DNA of 64,000 bases from Eledone cirrhosa (lineage: Eukaryota): assembly GCA_964016885.1 (NCBI GenBank), contig OZ024748.1, positions 35,340,001 through 35,404,000 of the forward strand, given 5' to 3'. The notes beneath the pieces were generated by a model. The model made no database searches, was not told the origin of the DNA, and was given only the letters and a program-made list of their open reading frames with translations. Positions 27,101 to 40,490 of this stretch are shown piece by piece; within the stretch, counting starts at the first letter, position 1, and every line of letters starts with the position of its first letter. The translations under genes were made by a program, and so were the position numbers.

Positions 27101-30100
27101 TCTATTACCACAGGATAGATGGGGATTGAAACCTGATCTCTATTACCACAGGATAGATGGGAATTGAAGCCTGATCTCTATTACCACAGGATAGATGGGG
27201 ATTGAAACCTGATCTCTATTACCACAGGATAGATGGGAATTGAAACCTGATCTCTATTACCACAAGAGTAGATGGGAATTGAAGCCTGATCTCTATTACC
27301 ACAGGATAGATGGGGATTGAAACCTGATCTCTATTACCACAGGATAGATGGGGATTGAAACCTGATCTCTATTACCACAGGATAGATGGGAATTGAAGCC
27401 TGATCTCTATTACCACAGGATAGATGGGAATTGAAACCTGATCTCTATTACCACAGGATAGATGGGAATTGAAACCTGATCTCTATTACCACAGGATAGA
27501 TGGGGATTGAAACCTGATCTCTATTACCACAGGATAGATGGGAATTGAGACCTGATCTCTATTACCACAGGGTAGATGGGAATTGAAGCCTGATCTCTAT
27601 TACCACAGCATAGATGAGGATTGAAACCTGATCTCTATTACCACAGGGTAGATGGGAATTGAAACCTGATCTCTATTACCACAGCATAGATGTGGATTGA
27701 AACCTGATCTCTATCACCACAGGGTAGATGGGAATTGAAGCCTGATCTCTATTACCACAGCATAGATGTGGATTGAAACCTGATCTCTATTACCACAGGG
27801 TAGATGGGAATTGAAGCCTGATCTCTATTACCACAGGATAGATGGGAATTGAAACCTGATCTCTATTACCACAGGATAGATGGGAATTGAAACCTGATCT
27901 CTTTTACCACAGGATAGATGGGAATTGAAACCTGATCTCTATTACCACAGGATAGATGGGAATTGAAACCTGATCTCTATTACCACAGGATAGATAGGGA
28001 TTGAGACCTGATCTCTTACCACAGGGTAGATGGGGATTGAAACCTGATCTCTATTACCCCAGGATAGATGGGAATTGAAACCTGATCTCTATTACCACAG
28101 GATAGATGGGGATTGAGACCTGATCTCTTACCACAGGGTAGATGGGGATTGAAACCTGATCTCTTACCACAGGGGTAGATGGGAATTGAAACCTGATCTC
28201 TATTACCACAGGGTAGATGGGGATTGAGACCTGATCTCTTACCACAGGGTAGATGGGGATTGAGACCTGATCTCTTACCACAGGGGTAGATGGGAATTGA
28301 AACCTGATCTCTATTACCCCAGGATAGATGGGAATTGAAGCCTGATCTCTATTACCACAGCATAGATGTGGATTGAAACCTGATCTCTATTACCACAGAG
28401 TAGATGGGAATTGAAGCCTCATCTCTATTACCACAGGGTAGATGGGAATTGAAACCTGATCTCTATTACCACAGGATAGATGGGAATTGAAACCTGATCT
28501 CTATTACCACAGGGTAGATGGGAATTGAAACCTGATCTCTATTACCACAGGACAGATGGGAATTGAAACCTGATCTCTATTACCACAAGGGTAGATGGGA
28601 ATTGAAACCTGATCTCTATTACCACAGGGTAGATGGGAATTGAAACCTGATCTCTATTACCACAGGGTAGATGGGAATTGAAACCTGATCTCTATTACCA
28701 CAGGATAGATGGGAATTGAAACCTGATCTCTATTACCACAAGGGTAGATGGGAATTGAAACCTGATCTCTATTACCACAGGGTAGATGGGAATTGAAACC
28801 TGATCTCTATTACCACAGGGTAGATGGGAATTGAAACCTGATCTCTATTACCACAAGGGTAGATGGGAATTGAAACCTGATCTCTATTACCACAGGATAG
28901 ATGGGAATTGAGACCTGATCTCTATTACCACAGGATAGATGGGAATTGAGACCTGATCTCTTACCACAGGGTAGATGGGGATTGAGACCTGATCTCTATT
29001 ACCACAGGATAGATGGGGATTGAGACCTGATCTCTATTACCACAGGATAGATGGGAATTGAAACCTGATCTCTATTACCACAGGATAGATGGGGATTGAG
29101 ACCTGATCTCTATTACCACAGGATAGATGGGGATTGAGACCTGATCTCTTACCACAGGGTAGATGGGGATTGAGACCTGATCTCTATTACCACAGGATAG
29201 ATGGGGATTGAGACCTGATCTCTATTACCACAGGATAGATGGGGATTGAGACCTGATCTCTTACCACAGGGTAGATGGGGATTGAGACCTGATCTCTATT
29301 ACCACAGGGTAGATGGGGATTGAGACCTGATCTCTATTACCACAGGATAGATGGGGATTGAGACCTGATCTCTATTACCACAGGATAGATGGGGATTGAG
29401 ACCTGATCTCTTACCACAGGGTAGATGGGGATTGAGATCTGATCTCTATTACCACAGAATAGATGGGAATTGAAACCTGATCTCTATTACCACAGGATAG
29501 ATGGGAATTGAGACCTGATCTCTATTACCACAGGATAGATGGGGATTGAGACCTGATCTCTTACCACAGGGTAGATGGGGATTGAGACCTGATCTCTATT
29601 ACCACAGGATAGATGGGGATTGAGACCTGATCTCTTACCACAGGGTAGATGGGGATTGAGATCTGATCTCTATTACCACAGAATAGATGGGAATTGAAAC
29701 CTGATCTCTATTACCACAGGATAGATGGGAATTGAAACCTGATCTCTATTACCACAGGATAGATGGGGATTGAGACCTGATCTCTTACCACAGGGTAGAT
29801 GGGGGTTGAGACCTGATCTCTATTACCACAGGATAGATGGGGATTGAGACCTGATCTCTATTACCACAGGATAGATGTGAATTGAGACCTGATCTCTATT
29901 ACCACAGGATAGATGGGGATTGAAACCTGATCTCTATTACCACAGGATAGATGGGGATTGAGACCTGATCTCTATTACCACAGGATAGATGGGGATTGAA
30001 ACCTGATCTCTATTACCACAGGATAGATGTGGATTGAGACCTGATCTCTATTACCACAGGATAGATGGGGATTGAAACCTGATCTCTATTACCACAGGAT

Positions 30101-33100
30101 AGATGGGGATTGAGACCTGATCTCTATTACCACAGGGTAGATGGGGATTGAGACCTGATCTCTATTACCACAGGATAGATGGGAATTGAGACCTGATCTC
30201 TATTACCACAGGATAGATGGGAATTGAAACCTGATCTCTATTACCACAGGGTAGATGGGAATTGAGACCTGATCTCTATTACCACAGGATAGATGGGAAT
30301 TGAAACCTGATCTCTATTACCACAGGATAGATGGGAATTGAGACCTGATCTCTATTACCACAGAATAGATGGGAATTGAGACCTGATCTCTATTACCACA
30401 GTGTAGATGGGAATTGAAGCCTGATCTCTATTACCACAGAATAGATGGGAATTGAGACCTGATCTCTATTACCACAGGGTAGATGGGGATTGAGACCTGA
30501 TCTCTATTACCACAGGATAGATGGGAATTGAGACCTGATCTCTATTACCACAGGATAGATGGGAATTGAAACCTGATCTCTATTACCACAGGGTAGATGG
30601 GAATTGAAGCCTGATCTCTATTACCACAGGATAGGTGGGGATTGAAACCTGATCTCTATTACCACAGGATAGATGGGAATTGAAGCCTGATCTCTATTAC
30701 CACAGCATAGATGTGGATTGAAACCTGATCTCTATTACCACAGCATAGATGTGGATTGAAACCTGATCTCTATTACCACAGGGTAGATGGGAATTGAAAC
30801 CTGATCTCTATTACCACAGCATAGATGTGGATTGAAACCTGATCTCTATTACCACAGGGTAGATGGGAATTGAAACCTGATCTCTATTACCACAGCATAG
30901 ATGTGGATTGAAACCTGATCTCTATTACCACAGGGTAGATGGGAATTGAAACCTGATCTCTATTACCACAGCATAGATGTGGATTGAAACCTGATCTCTA
31001 TTACCACAGGGTAGATGGGAATTGAAGCCTGATCTCTATTACCACAGCATAGATGTGGATTGAAACCTGATCTCTATTACCACAGGGTAGATGGGAATTG
31101 AAGCCTGATCTCTATTACCACAGGATAGATGGGGATTGAAACCTGATCTCTATTACCACAGGATAGATGGGAATTGAAGCCTGATCTCTATTACCACAGC
31201 ATAGATGTGGATTGAAACCTGATCTCTATTACCACAGCATAGATGTGGATTGAAACCTGATCTCTATTACCACAGGGTAGATGGGAATTGAAACCTGATC
31301 TCTATTACCACAGCATAGATGTGGATTGAAACCTGATCTCTATTACCACAGGGTAGATGGGAATTGAAACTTGATCTCTATTACCACAGCATAGATGTGG
31401 ATTGAAACCTGATCTCTATTACCACAGGGTAGATGGGAATTGAAGCCTGATCTCTATTACCACAGGATAGATGGGGATTGAGACCTGATCTCTATTACCA
31501 CAGGGTAGATGGGAATTGAAACCTGATCTCTATTACCACAGGATAGATAGGGATTGAGACCTGATCTCTTACCACAGGGTAGATGGGGATTGAAACCTGA
31601 TCTCTATTACCCCAGGATAGATGGGAATTGAAACCTGATCTCTATTACCACAGGATAGATGGGAATTGAAACCTGATCTCTATTACCACAGGATAGATGG
31701 GGATTGAGACCTGATCTCTTACCACAGGGTAGATGGGGATTGAAACCTGATCTCTATTACCACAAGGGTAGATGGGAATTGAAACCTGATCTCTATTACC
31801 ACAGGATAGATGGGGATTGAGACCTGATCTCTATTACCACAGAATAGATGGGAATTGAAACCTGATCTCTATTACCACAAGGATAGATGGGAATTGAAAC
31901 CTGATCTCTTACCCCAAGAGTAGATGGGAATTGAAACCTGATCTCTATTACCACAGCATAGATGTGGATTGAAACCTGATCTCTATTACCACAGGGTAGA
32001 TGGGAATTGAAGCCTGATCTCTATTACCACAGCATAGATGTGGATTGAAACCTGATCTCTATTACCACAGGGTAGATGGGAATTGAAGCCTGATCTCTAT
32101 TACCACAGCATAGATGTGGATTGAAACCTGATCACTATTACCACAGGGTAGATGGGAATTGAAGCCTGATCTCTATTACCACAGCATAGATGTGGATTGA
32201 AACCTGATCTCTATTACCACAGGGTAGATGGGAATTGAAGCCTGATCTCTATTACCACAGGGTAGATGGGAATTGAAACCTGATCTCTATTACCACAGGG
32301 TAGATGGGAATTGAAGCCTGATCTCTATTACCACAGGGTAGATGGGAATTGAAGCCTGATCTCTATTACCACAGGGTAGATGGGAATTGAAGCCTGATCT
32401 CTATTACCACAGCATAGATGTGGATTGAAACCTGATCTCTATTACCACAGGGTAGATGGGAATTGAAGCCTGATCTCTATTACCACAGGATAGATGGGAA
32501 TTGAAACCTGATCTCTATTACCACAGGATAGATGGGAATTGAAACCTGATCTCTATTACCACAGGATAGATGGGAATTGAAACCTGATCTCTATTACCAC
32601 AGGATAGATGGGAATTGAAACCTGATCTCTATTACCACAGGATAGATAGGGATTGAGACCTGATCTCTTACCACAGGGTAGATGGGGATTGAAACCTGAT
32701 CTCTATTACCCCAGGATAGATGGGAATTGAAACCTGATCTCTATTACCACAGGATAGATGGGGATTGAGACCTGATCTCTTACCACAGGGGTAGATGGGA
32801 ATTGAAACCTGATCTCTATTACCCCAGGATAGATGGGGATTGAGACCTGATCTCTATTACCCCAAGAGTAGATGGGGATTGAGACCTGATCTCTATTACC
32901 ACAGGATAGATGGGGATTGAGACCTGATCTCTATTACCACAGGATAGATGGGGATTGAGACCTGATCTCTATTACCACAGGATAGATGGGAATTGAAACC
33001 TGATCTTTATTACCACAGGATAGATGGGGATTGAGACCTGATCTCTATTACCACAGGATAGATGGGAATTGAAACCTGATCTCTATTACCACACAATAGA

Positions 33101-34821
33101 TGGGATTGAAACCTGATCTCTATTACCACAGGATAGATGGGGATTGAGACCTGATCTCTATTACCACAGGATAGATGGGAATTGAAACCTGATCTCTATT
33201 ACCACAGGATAGATGGGAATTGAAACCTGATCTCTATTACCCCAAGAGTAGATGGGGATTGAGACCTGATCTCTTACCACAGGGTAGATGGGGATTGAAA
33301 CCTGATCTCTATTACCACAGCATAGATGTGGATTGAAACCTGATCTCTATTACCACAGGGTAGATGGGAATTGAAGCCTGATCTCTATTACCACAGCATA
33401 GATGTGGATTGAAACCTGATCTCTATTACCACAGGGTAGATGGGAATTGAAGCCTGATCTCTATTACCACAGGGTAGATGGGAATTGAAACCTGATCTCT
33501 ATTACCACAGGGTAGATGGGAATTGAAGCCTGATCTCTATTACCACAGGATAGATGGGGATTGAGACCTGATCTCTATTACCACAGGATAGATGGGAATT
33601 GAGACCTGATCTCTATTACCACAGGATAGATGGGAATTGAAACCTGATCTCTATTACCACAGGATAGATGGGAATTGAGACCTGATCTCTATTACCACAG
33701 GATAGATGGGAATTGAAACCTGATCTCTATTACCACAGAATAGATGGGGATTGAGACCTGATCTCTATTACCACAGAATAGATGGGAATTGAGACCTGAT
33801 CCCTATTACCACAGGATAGATGGGGATTGAGACCTGATCTCTATTACCACAGGATAGATGGGAATTGAGACCTGATCTCTATTACCACAGGATAGATGGG
33901 AATTGAAACCTGATCTCTATTACCACAGGATAGATGGGAATTGAGACCTGATCTCTATTACCACAGGATAGATGGGAATTGAAACCTGATCTCTATTACC
34001 ACAGAATAGATGGGGATTGAGACCTGATCTCTATTACCACAGAATAGATGGGAATTGAGACCTGATCCCTATTACCACAGGATAGATGGGGATTGAGACC
34101 TGATCTCTATTACCACAGGATAGATGGGAATTGAAACCTGATCTCTATTACCACAGGATAGATGGGAATTGAGACCTGATCTCTATTACCACAGGATAGA
34201 TGGGAATTGAAACCTGATCTCTATTACCACAGGATAGATGGGAATTGAAACCTGATCACTATTACCACAGGGTAGATGGGAATTGAAACCTGATCTCTAT
34301 TACCACAGGATAGATGGGAATTGAGACCTGATCTCTATTACCACAGGATAGATGGGAATTGAAACCTGATCTCTATTACCACAGGATAGATGTGGATTGA
34401 AACCTGATCACTATTACCACAGGGTAGATGGGGATTGAGACCTGATCTCTATTACCACACAATAGATGGGATTGAGACCTGATCTCTATTACCACAGGAT
34501 AGATGGGGATTGAGACCTGATCTCTATTACCACAGGATAGATGGGGATTGAGACCTGATCTCTATTACCACAGGATAGATGGGAATTGAGACCTGATCTC
34601 TATTACCACAGGATAGATGGGAATTGAGACTTGATCTCTATTACCACAGGATAGATGGGGATTGAGACCTGATCTCTATTACCACAGGATAGATGGGGAT
34701 TGAGACCTGATCTCTATTACCACAGGATAGATGGGAATTGAGACCTGATCTCTATTACCACAGGATAGATGGGGATTGAGACCTGATCTCTATTACCACA
34801 GGATAGATGGGGTTTGAAACC
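15104..34821. repeat. ~19.7 kb tandem array (roughly 520 units) of a 37-39 bp repeat, consensus CTGATCTCTATTACCACAGRATAGATGGGAATTGAAAC
   Basis: Uninterrupted head-to-tail units with a few recurrent variants and no unique spacers. Confidence 0.97.
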
Positions 34822-35064
34822 GTTTCTCCATCCTCACAAGACTATGGGGACCAGGCTTACAAAGAAATAAACAAAAATCTTTAACAGTAATCAAGGTAAA
34901 CAAAATACAGAGAAAGACTCGTACACACATATACACATGCAATGACATACAAATACACACACAGAAAGATATATATATATATATAAACTCACACACACAC
35001 ACACACACACACAGAGAAAGACACATACAAACACACACTCTGAAAGACATTCAGAAAGACAAAC

Positions 35065-35530
35065 ACACATGTATATATATGCAGACATACACATGTATAT
35101 ACACAGAGACACACACATGTATATCAATGCAAAGACACACACATGTATATACAGACACACACATGTATATACAGAGACACACATGTATATACATAGACAA
35201 CACACACATGTATATACACAAACACACACATGTATATACATAAACACACACATGTATATACATACAGACATACACATGTATATACAGACAACATACACAT
35301 GTATACACACACACACACACGTATACACACACACACACACACGTATATACACACACATGTATATACACACACATGTATATATATACACACACGTATATAC
35401 ATACACACACGTATATACATACACACACGTATATACATACACACGTATATACACACACACATGTATATATACACACATGTATATACACACACACACATGT
35501 ATATACACACACACATGTATATACACACAG
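35065..35530. repeat. (CA)n-derived minisatellite built on ACACATGTATAT/ACACGTATAT
   Basis: Repeated acacacatgtatat motif. Confidence 0.9.
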
Positions 35531-35855
35531 AAACACTGCATAAATAAATAATAAAAAAAAAAACAAAGCAAATAATTTTTGCAAATAATTCCTGGTTTTG
35601 AGATGTGCCGAGAATTTAGTGAACAACATGGAAGCGACACCAGTGACATGGTAAAATAGGTCAGGTATTGTTTACTGGTGATGATAGTGTGGTGGTGGTG
35701 GTGACGATGGTTGATGGTGATAGGGATAATGGTGATCGTGATGATGATGGAGGTGATGGTGATAATGGCGATGAACGTGATGACGGCAATGATGATGATG
35801 GTGATGGTGGTAATAATGGTGAAGGGGTTAAAGTTAACAGGTAAAAATTACACAT

Positions 35856-35895
<40 letters not shown>

Positions 35896-36016
35896 ATATT
35901 ATATATATATATGTATATATTATATATGTATAGCCAGCACGTCGTGTATACTTAGAAAATACAGGAATACTACTTGTATGCTAAGAAATATTGATTTTAT
36001 TACATGGATTGGCAAT

Positions 36017-36081
<65 letters not shown>

Positions 36082-36339
36082 TATATATATACACGCACAC
36101 ACATATATACACATATACCTATATACACACACAAACCCTTATGCCAACCAATAAGATCCTCTCCCCACACACACGATATATAATTTAGAGGGATGTCATG
36201 AGGTGAGTCATGACTTCTCAAAAGTATTTGTCGTCAGTAAAGTGACTTGAGACACGATCTTGACTGAGGACGGATCTTGGCCCTCTTTACACATTAAATA
36301 TTTCCTAGAGTAGTGGCAGGAGGGGATATGGTGGATAGG

Positions 36340-36600
36340 ATGGACGACGTTATGTAACTAGGGGTGGTGAGATAGGGATCTGAAGGTTCAATTCCAGGAC
36401 TGGACAGTATGTGGTGTCTTCCAGCAAGACACTTCATTTCACTCACATGGAAGAAGAAAAAAAAAAAAACTATAGTCCGTAACAACAGTTGCCCCCCCCC
36501 CCTCCCCCATGAAGTAGGGGAGTTAATCTTTCGATGGACTGGTGTCCTATCCAGAGGAAATCTCGTATTCTCTGTCACTTGACGCTAACGAAACCGGCAC
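36340..36600 (+). mobile_element. Decayed tRNA SINE with CORE-like and V-domain-like segments
   Basis: GGTTCAATTCC B-box, AGCAAGACACTTCATTTC and GATGGACTGGTGTCCTATCCAG...GAAACCGG. Confidence 0.55.
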
Positions 36601-36807
36601 AACTTTCGTCTTGAGGTTTTTTTAAGTCTAAGACAGAAGTTAACATTATGTTACTGGTATTTTAAAATATAAATGGGCTAACAGAAATAGCAGTATGTAT
36701 GTATGTATGTATGGAGCCGTAGAGCGCCCTAGTGACATAGGTGTGTCTTCGCCTCTTCAAGTCTGGCAGAGGACTCCTCTCCAGGTCTGAACACAGCCGA
36801 TTTCTTC

Positions 36808-37274
36808 CAGAGAGAGAGAAGAGAGAGAGAGAGGTGAGTGAGTGAGAGAGAGGTGAGAGAGAGGAGAGAGGTGAGTGAGAGAGAGAGGAGAGAGGTGAGT
36901 GAGAGAAAGAGAGAGGAGAGTGAGTGAGAGAAATAGAGAGGAGAGTGAGTGAGAGGAGAGTGAGTGAGAGGAGAGTGAGTGAGAGGAGAGTGAGTGAGAG
37001 GAGAGTGAGTGAGAGGAGAGTGAGTGAATGAGAGAGAAAGAGAGAGGAGAGTGAGTGAGAGAAAGAGAGAGGAGAGTGAGTGAGAGAAAGAGAGGAGAGT
37101 GAGTGAGAGAAGGAGAGTGAGTGAGAGAAAGAGAGAGGAGAGTGAGTGAAAGAGAGAGGAGAGTGAGTGAAAGAGAGAGGAGAGTGAGTGAAAGAGAGAG
37201 GAGAGTGAGTGAGTGAGAGAAAGAGAGGAGAGTGAGTGAGAGAAAGAGAGGAGAGTGAGTGAGAGAAAGAGAGA
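36808..37274. repeat. GA-rich minisatellite (GAGAGGAGAGTGAGT)n
   Basis: Direct repeats visible. Confidence 0.9.
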
Positions 37275-37287
37275 ACTATAGAGGAAA

Positions 37288-37395
37288 AGTCGACTTGAAC
37301 TCGAAAGGCTGAAAAGCTAAGTTGACCTCGGCGGGATTTGAACTCAGAGATCAGAAAACCAAAATGAATACAAAACATTCCAACAACTCTGCCAG
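37288..37395 (-). mobile_element. MetaSINE-like SINE fragment
   Basis: AAAGTTGACCTCGGCGGGATTTGAACTCAG matches the family on the minus strand. Confidence 0.65.
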
Positions 37396-37802
37396 GTCTT
37401 CACACGGTAATAGAGTAAAAATGTCTTCATCAGGATTCTTGACATTCTGAGTTCAAATCTAACCTGTCCCTCATCACATGGGGACATGTATTTGAAATAT
37501 ACCCTAGGGTGTGTGTGGGGTATATATTATATCAACTACATTACACCCACCCCCTCTACATACAGGGTGGTGATGAGGTAGCGGTAGTGGTGGTGGGGGG
37601 TGGCTTTAGGGAGGGGTGATGGTGGTAGTGGTGGTAGGGGGGGGTGTAGTGGTAAGGTGACAGAAAGACAAACGATTTTTAAATAAATTGAAAGAAAAAG
37701 ATTATTATTATTATTGGCGATGATGATGATTTTCTAAAGATAAAAAACAAAGAAAAAAACTAAAAGAGGAAGAATTCTATTGAAGAAAGATTTTAATATT
37801 AG

Positions 37803-38060
37803 CGGAGTTCGGTGAGAGTCTGTCTAGCCCTTCTCTCTTAGCTGAGGGTCGGTCAGAGTCTGTCTACCCCCTTCTCTCTTAGCTGAGGGTCGGTCAGAGT
37901 CTGTCTACCCCCCTCTCTCTTAGCTGAGGGTCGGTCAGAGTGTCTACCCTCTCTCTCTTAGCTGAGGGTCGGTCAGAGTCTGTCTACCCACCCACCCCTC
38001 TCTCACAGCTGAGGGTCGGTCAGAGTGGTAAGCTGTCTGTCTACCTCCCCTCTCTCTCTA
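37803..38060. repeat. 41-bp minisatellite, about 5-6 units
   Basis: GCTGAGGGTCGGTCAGAGTCTGTCTACCC... repeated with period 41 (37841, 37882). Confidence 0.9.
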
Positions 38061-38149
38061 ACACACCAACATGACTTTATGAGTCATCGAGGGAGGCTCT
38101 ACGTGGTTTCTCAACCTGCTAGAAATAGCAGATAAATCAGTCAAATATC

Positions 38150-38410
38150 TCACCCCAGCCTCTGACCCACAGACCTGCTGTCTCGTAGGTGGGTACAAGA
38201 TGTCATCCCAGCCCCTGACCCACAGACCTGCTGTCTCGTGGGTGGGTACAGGATGTCATCTCAGCCCCTGACCCACAGATCTGCTGACCCACAGACCTGC
38301 TGCATCGCGGGTGGGTACAAGATGTCATCTCATCCCCTGACCCACATATACTGTCTCGTGGGTGGGTACAGGATGTCATCCTAGCCCCTGACCCACAGAC
38401 CTGCTGTCTC
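38150..38410. repeat. ~53-bp minisatellite, about 5 units
   Basis: CTGACCCACAG at 38162, 38215 and 38268; each unit has an ACCCAC/GTGGGT hairpin. Confidence 0.9.
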
Positions 38411-38675
38411 CTCACAGCTACCTTTCTTGTTGCCCACCCACGGCCACCCGATTTACTTGTCACCTCCCCACCCCATTACAAGGTTTTGTACTAACCTTTT
38501 CTTGGTAAATGTTTATCCTTAAACCCAACTCTATGACAGGTGTTATGGAGTTTTCAGTGTGTGTAGAAGGGACCCACAGAAAACCAGTAATTTATGAAGG
38601 TTTAAAGGCCACAGTCGTTCAAAACACATTAAATCATAGGAAAATTCCCTTTTAAAATTCTAACCTTAGAGAGAG

Positions 38676-38706
<31 letters not shown>

Positions 38707-38901
38707 CGTACTTTATTCATCGACCTCCGCCAACAACAAATACAACCGGCACATATTCCTATTTTCATTTTGTATAAAATTTAATTTTCCAAAATATATT
38801 TTAAAATATTTTAACTGTTTTGGGCGAACGGGGAGGAAAGGTTGTTGGGGTGCTGGGCGTCGTAATTACTTTATAAACTTCCACGTGTATATTAGCAATC
38901 T

Positions 38902-38932
<31 letters not shown>

Positions 38933-38940
38933 GTTTTAAT

Positions 38941-39362
38941 TTGTTGAAATTCAACAAACTTAAAAGTTTTATAACTGATATAAAGCACTCAACTGTTTGG
39001 TGGAGTAAATATTCATTTTATTAATAAATGGAAATTATATTTATAAAACCATAATTATTTTATTATATATATTTAAAGGGCAACCAAGGCAGTTTTGGTG
39101 CGCTTTCATCAGAGAAAATACAAAATTTGTTTCATAAATGTTGACATACCCGCAGAAGAACAATCTTGACGGTTGGAGGTTCGCTGGATATCCAGCGAAC
39201 CTCCAATCGTCAAGGTTCTTCTTCTGCGGGTATGTCAACATTTAGAAAACAAATTTTGTATTTTCTCTGATGAAAGCGCACCAAAACTGCCTTAGTTGCT
39301 CTTGAAATATATATAATAAAATAATTATGGTTTTATAAATATAGTTTCCATTTATTAATAAA
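38941..39362. mobile_element. Fold-back PLE pseudo-LTR palindrome (173-bp arms, centre 39189/39190) with a hammerhead on each arm
   Basis: 39017-39189 is the near-perfect reverse complement of 39190-39362 and is homologous to the pLTR at 3770-3970. HHR at 39267-39315(+); the mirror copy at 39112-39064(-) has GAAA>TAAA. Confidence 0.85.
39260..39323 (+). ncRNA. Minimal type I hammerhead motif
   Basis: TATTTTCT-CTGATGA-AAGCGCACC...AGTTGCTCTT-GAAA-TATATA-TA^-ATAAAATA. Confidence 0.7.
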
Positions 39363-40389
39363 TTGTAGAGAGAGAGAGAGAGAGATTTAAAATGAAGAAA
39401 ACCAAGGTTACCAAAAGTAATAGTGGAATACTCTAATTTATTTATAAATTCAATACATATAATTATTCTAGTGAAGAAGTGAAACAAATATTTCAGTCAG
39501 CGAAAATATAGAATCAATGTCTTTAAGATGTTCAACTAAAATTACTTCGTCTCGCACATACCTCAAATTGAAAACTAGTGGAAGTACATGAAATAGTTAT
39601 TTGTAAATTGAATGCCATTACATACATATATATCTGAGTGTGTACAAACATATATAAACACAAACGCATTCGAATTTATAAACAGTTAAAAAGTATATAC
39701 AATAAGCAGTTTATACATACATTTATATATTTATAATAAATTGAAGTGAAAACCAACAGGTGCGTGTGTTTTCATTGGCAACATGACCCGCCCAAAGTAT
39801 AATATATATATAGACCCATCCCCACATGCATACACACATATTTTCAGATATATTGCCAGTAACTCGTCCTTGCTTTATAATAGGTTTAATAGACTTATCC
39901 AAACAAATCTAAATTTCCCAGAGGATATGAGTTGCTCTATTGTTTTGTAGACACACCAACAGCCAACATACCGAGACACCCACATATACATACCCCACTC
40001 AGACATGTCTCTAAATAGCGATTTAATAAAGACATAAGTTGACTGATAAATAAATTCATTGTTCCTAAGAAGTTCCAAAATCGCAACTAATACATAAATC
40101 ATTCATCAATTATACAGTGTTCCCACTACTTACAATGGTAAACTGCACGTCTTCATAGTTCTTGCCATTAACAATAAAGACCTGACTAGAAAAATAGTTT
40201 GGAATGTTCCTAAATGTTTCTTGTTTTACAGGAAATCATTCAGATTTTGGTGAAAAACCAGGTATCTAAAACGAAGGAAACAATCATTCTTTAATATTGA
40301 TCTCCATCGATTTTGTTGGCGTTCAATTTCATTTTACAGTCAGTCATCTTAATATTGGGTTACTGGTATTCAGCGGAGCATACTGGAGC

Positions 40390-40490
40390 AACGTCAATTG
40401 AAGTGATTTTGCTCAAGAACACAACACAGGATTCGAACCCACGACATTCTGATCTTAAGTTCAACACCCTTACCACTAGGCCAAGCTCCT
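40390..40490 (-). mobile_element. tRNA/CORE-type SINE head fragment
   Basis: Minus strand has TGGCCTAGTGGTAAGG, GGGTTCGAATCC and CTTGAGCAAAATCACTT. Confidence 0.65.

Noticed and set aside
17500-28281. Repeat-peptide ORFs in the satellite (WELKPDLYYH...)
   Set aside because: By-products of local 39-bp or 75-bp periodicity; frames close elsewhere in the array.
15104-34821. CRISPR array
   Set aside because: Units are contiguous with no unique spacers, no leader and no cas genes, in an animal repeat context. Only the ATTGAAAC end and the length resemble CRISPR repeats.
36195-36247. Minus-strand CTGACGA..GAGAA-GTCATGAC-TC hammerhead-like string
   Set aside because: GAAA is disrupted and stem I does not pair next to the core.
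40133-40265. Possible minus-strand exon bounded by TTTTAG and GTAAGT
   Set aside because: All three frames contain a stop, and no recognisable protein is encoded.
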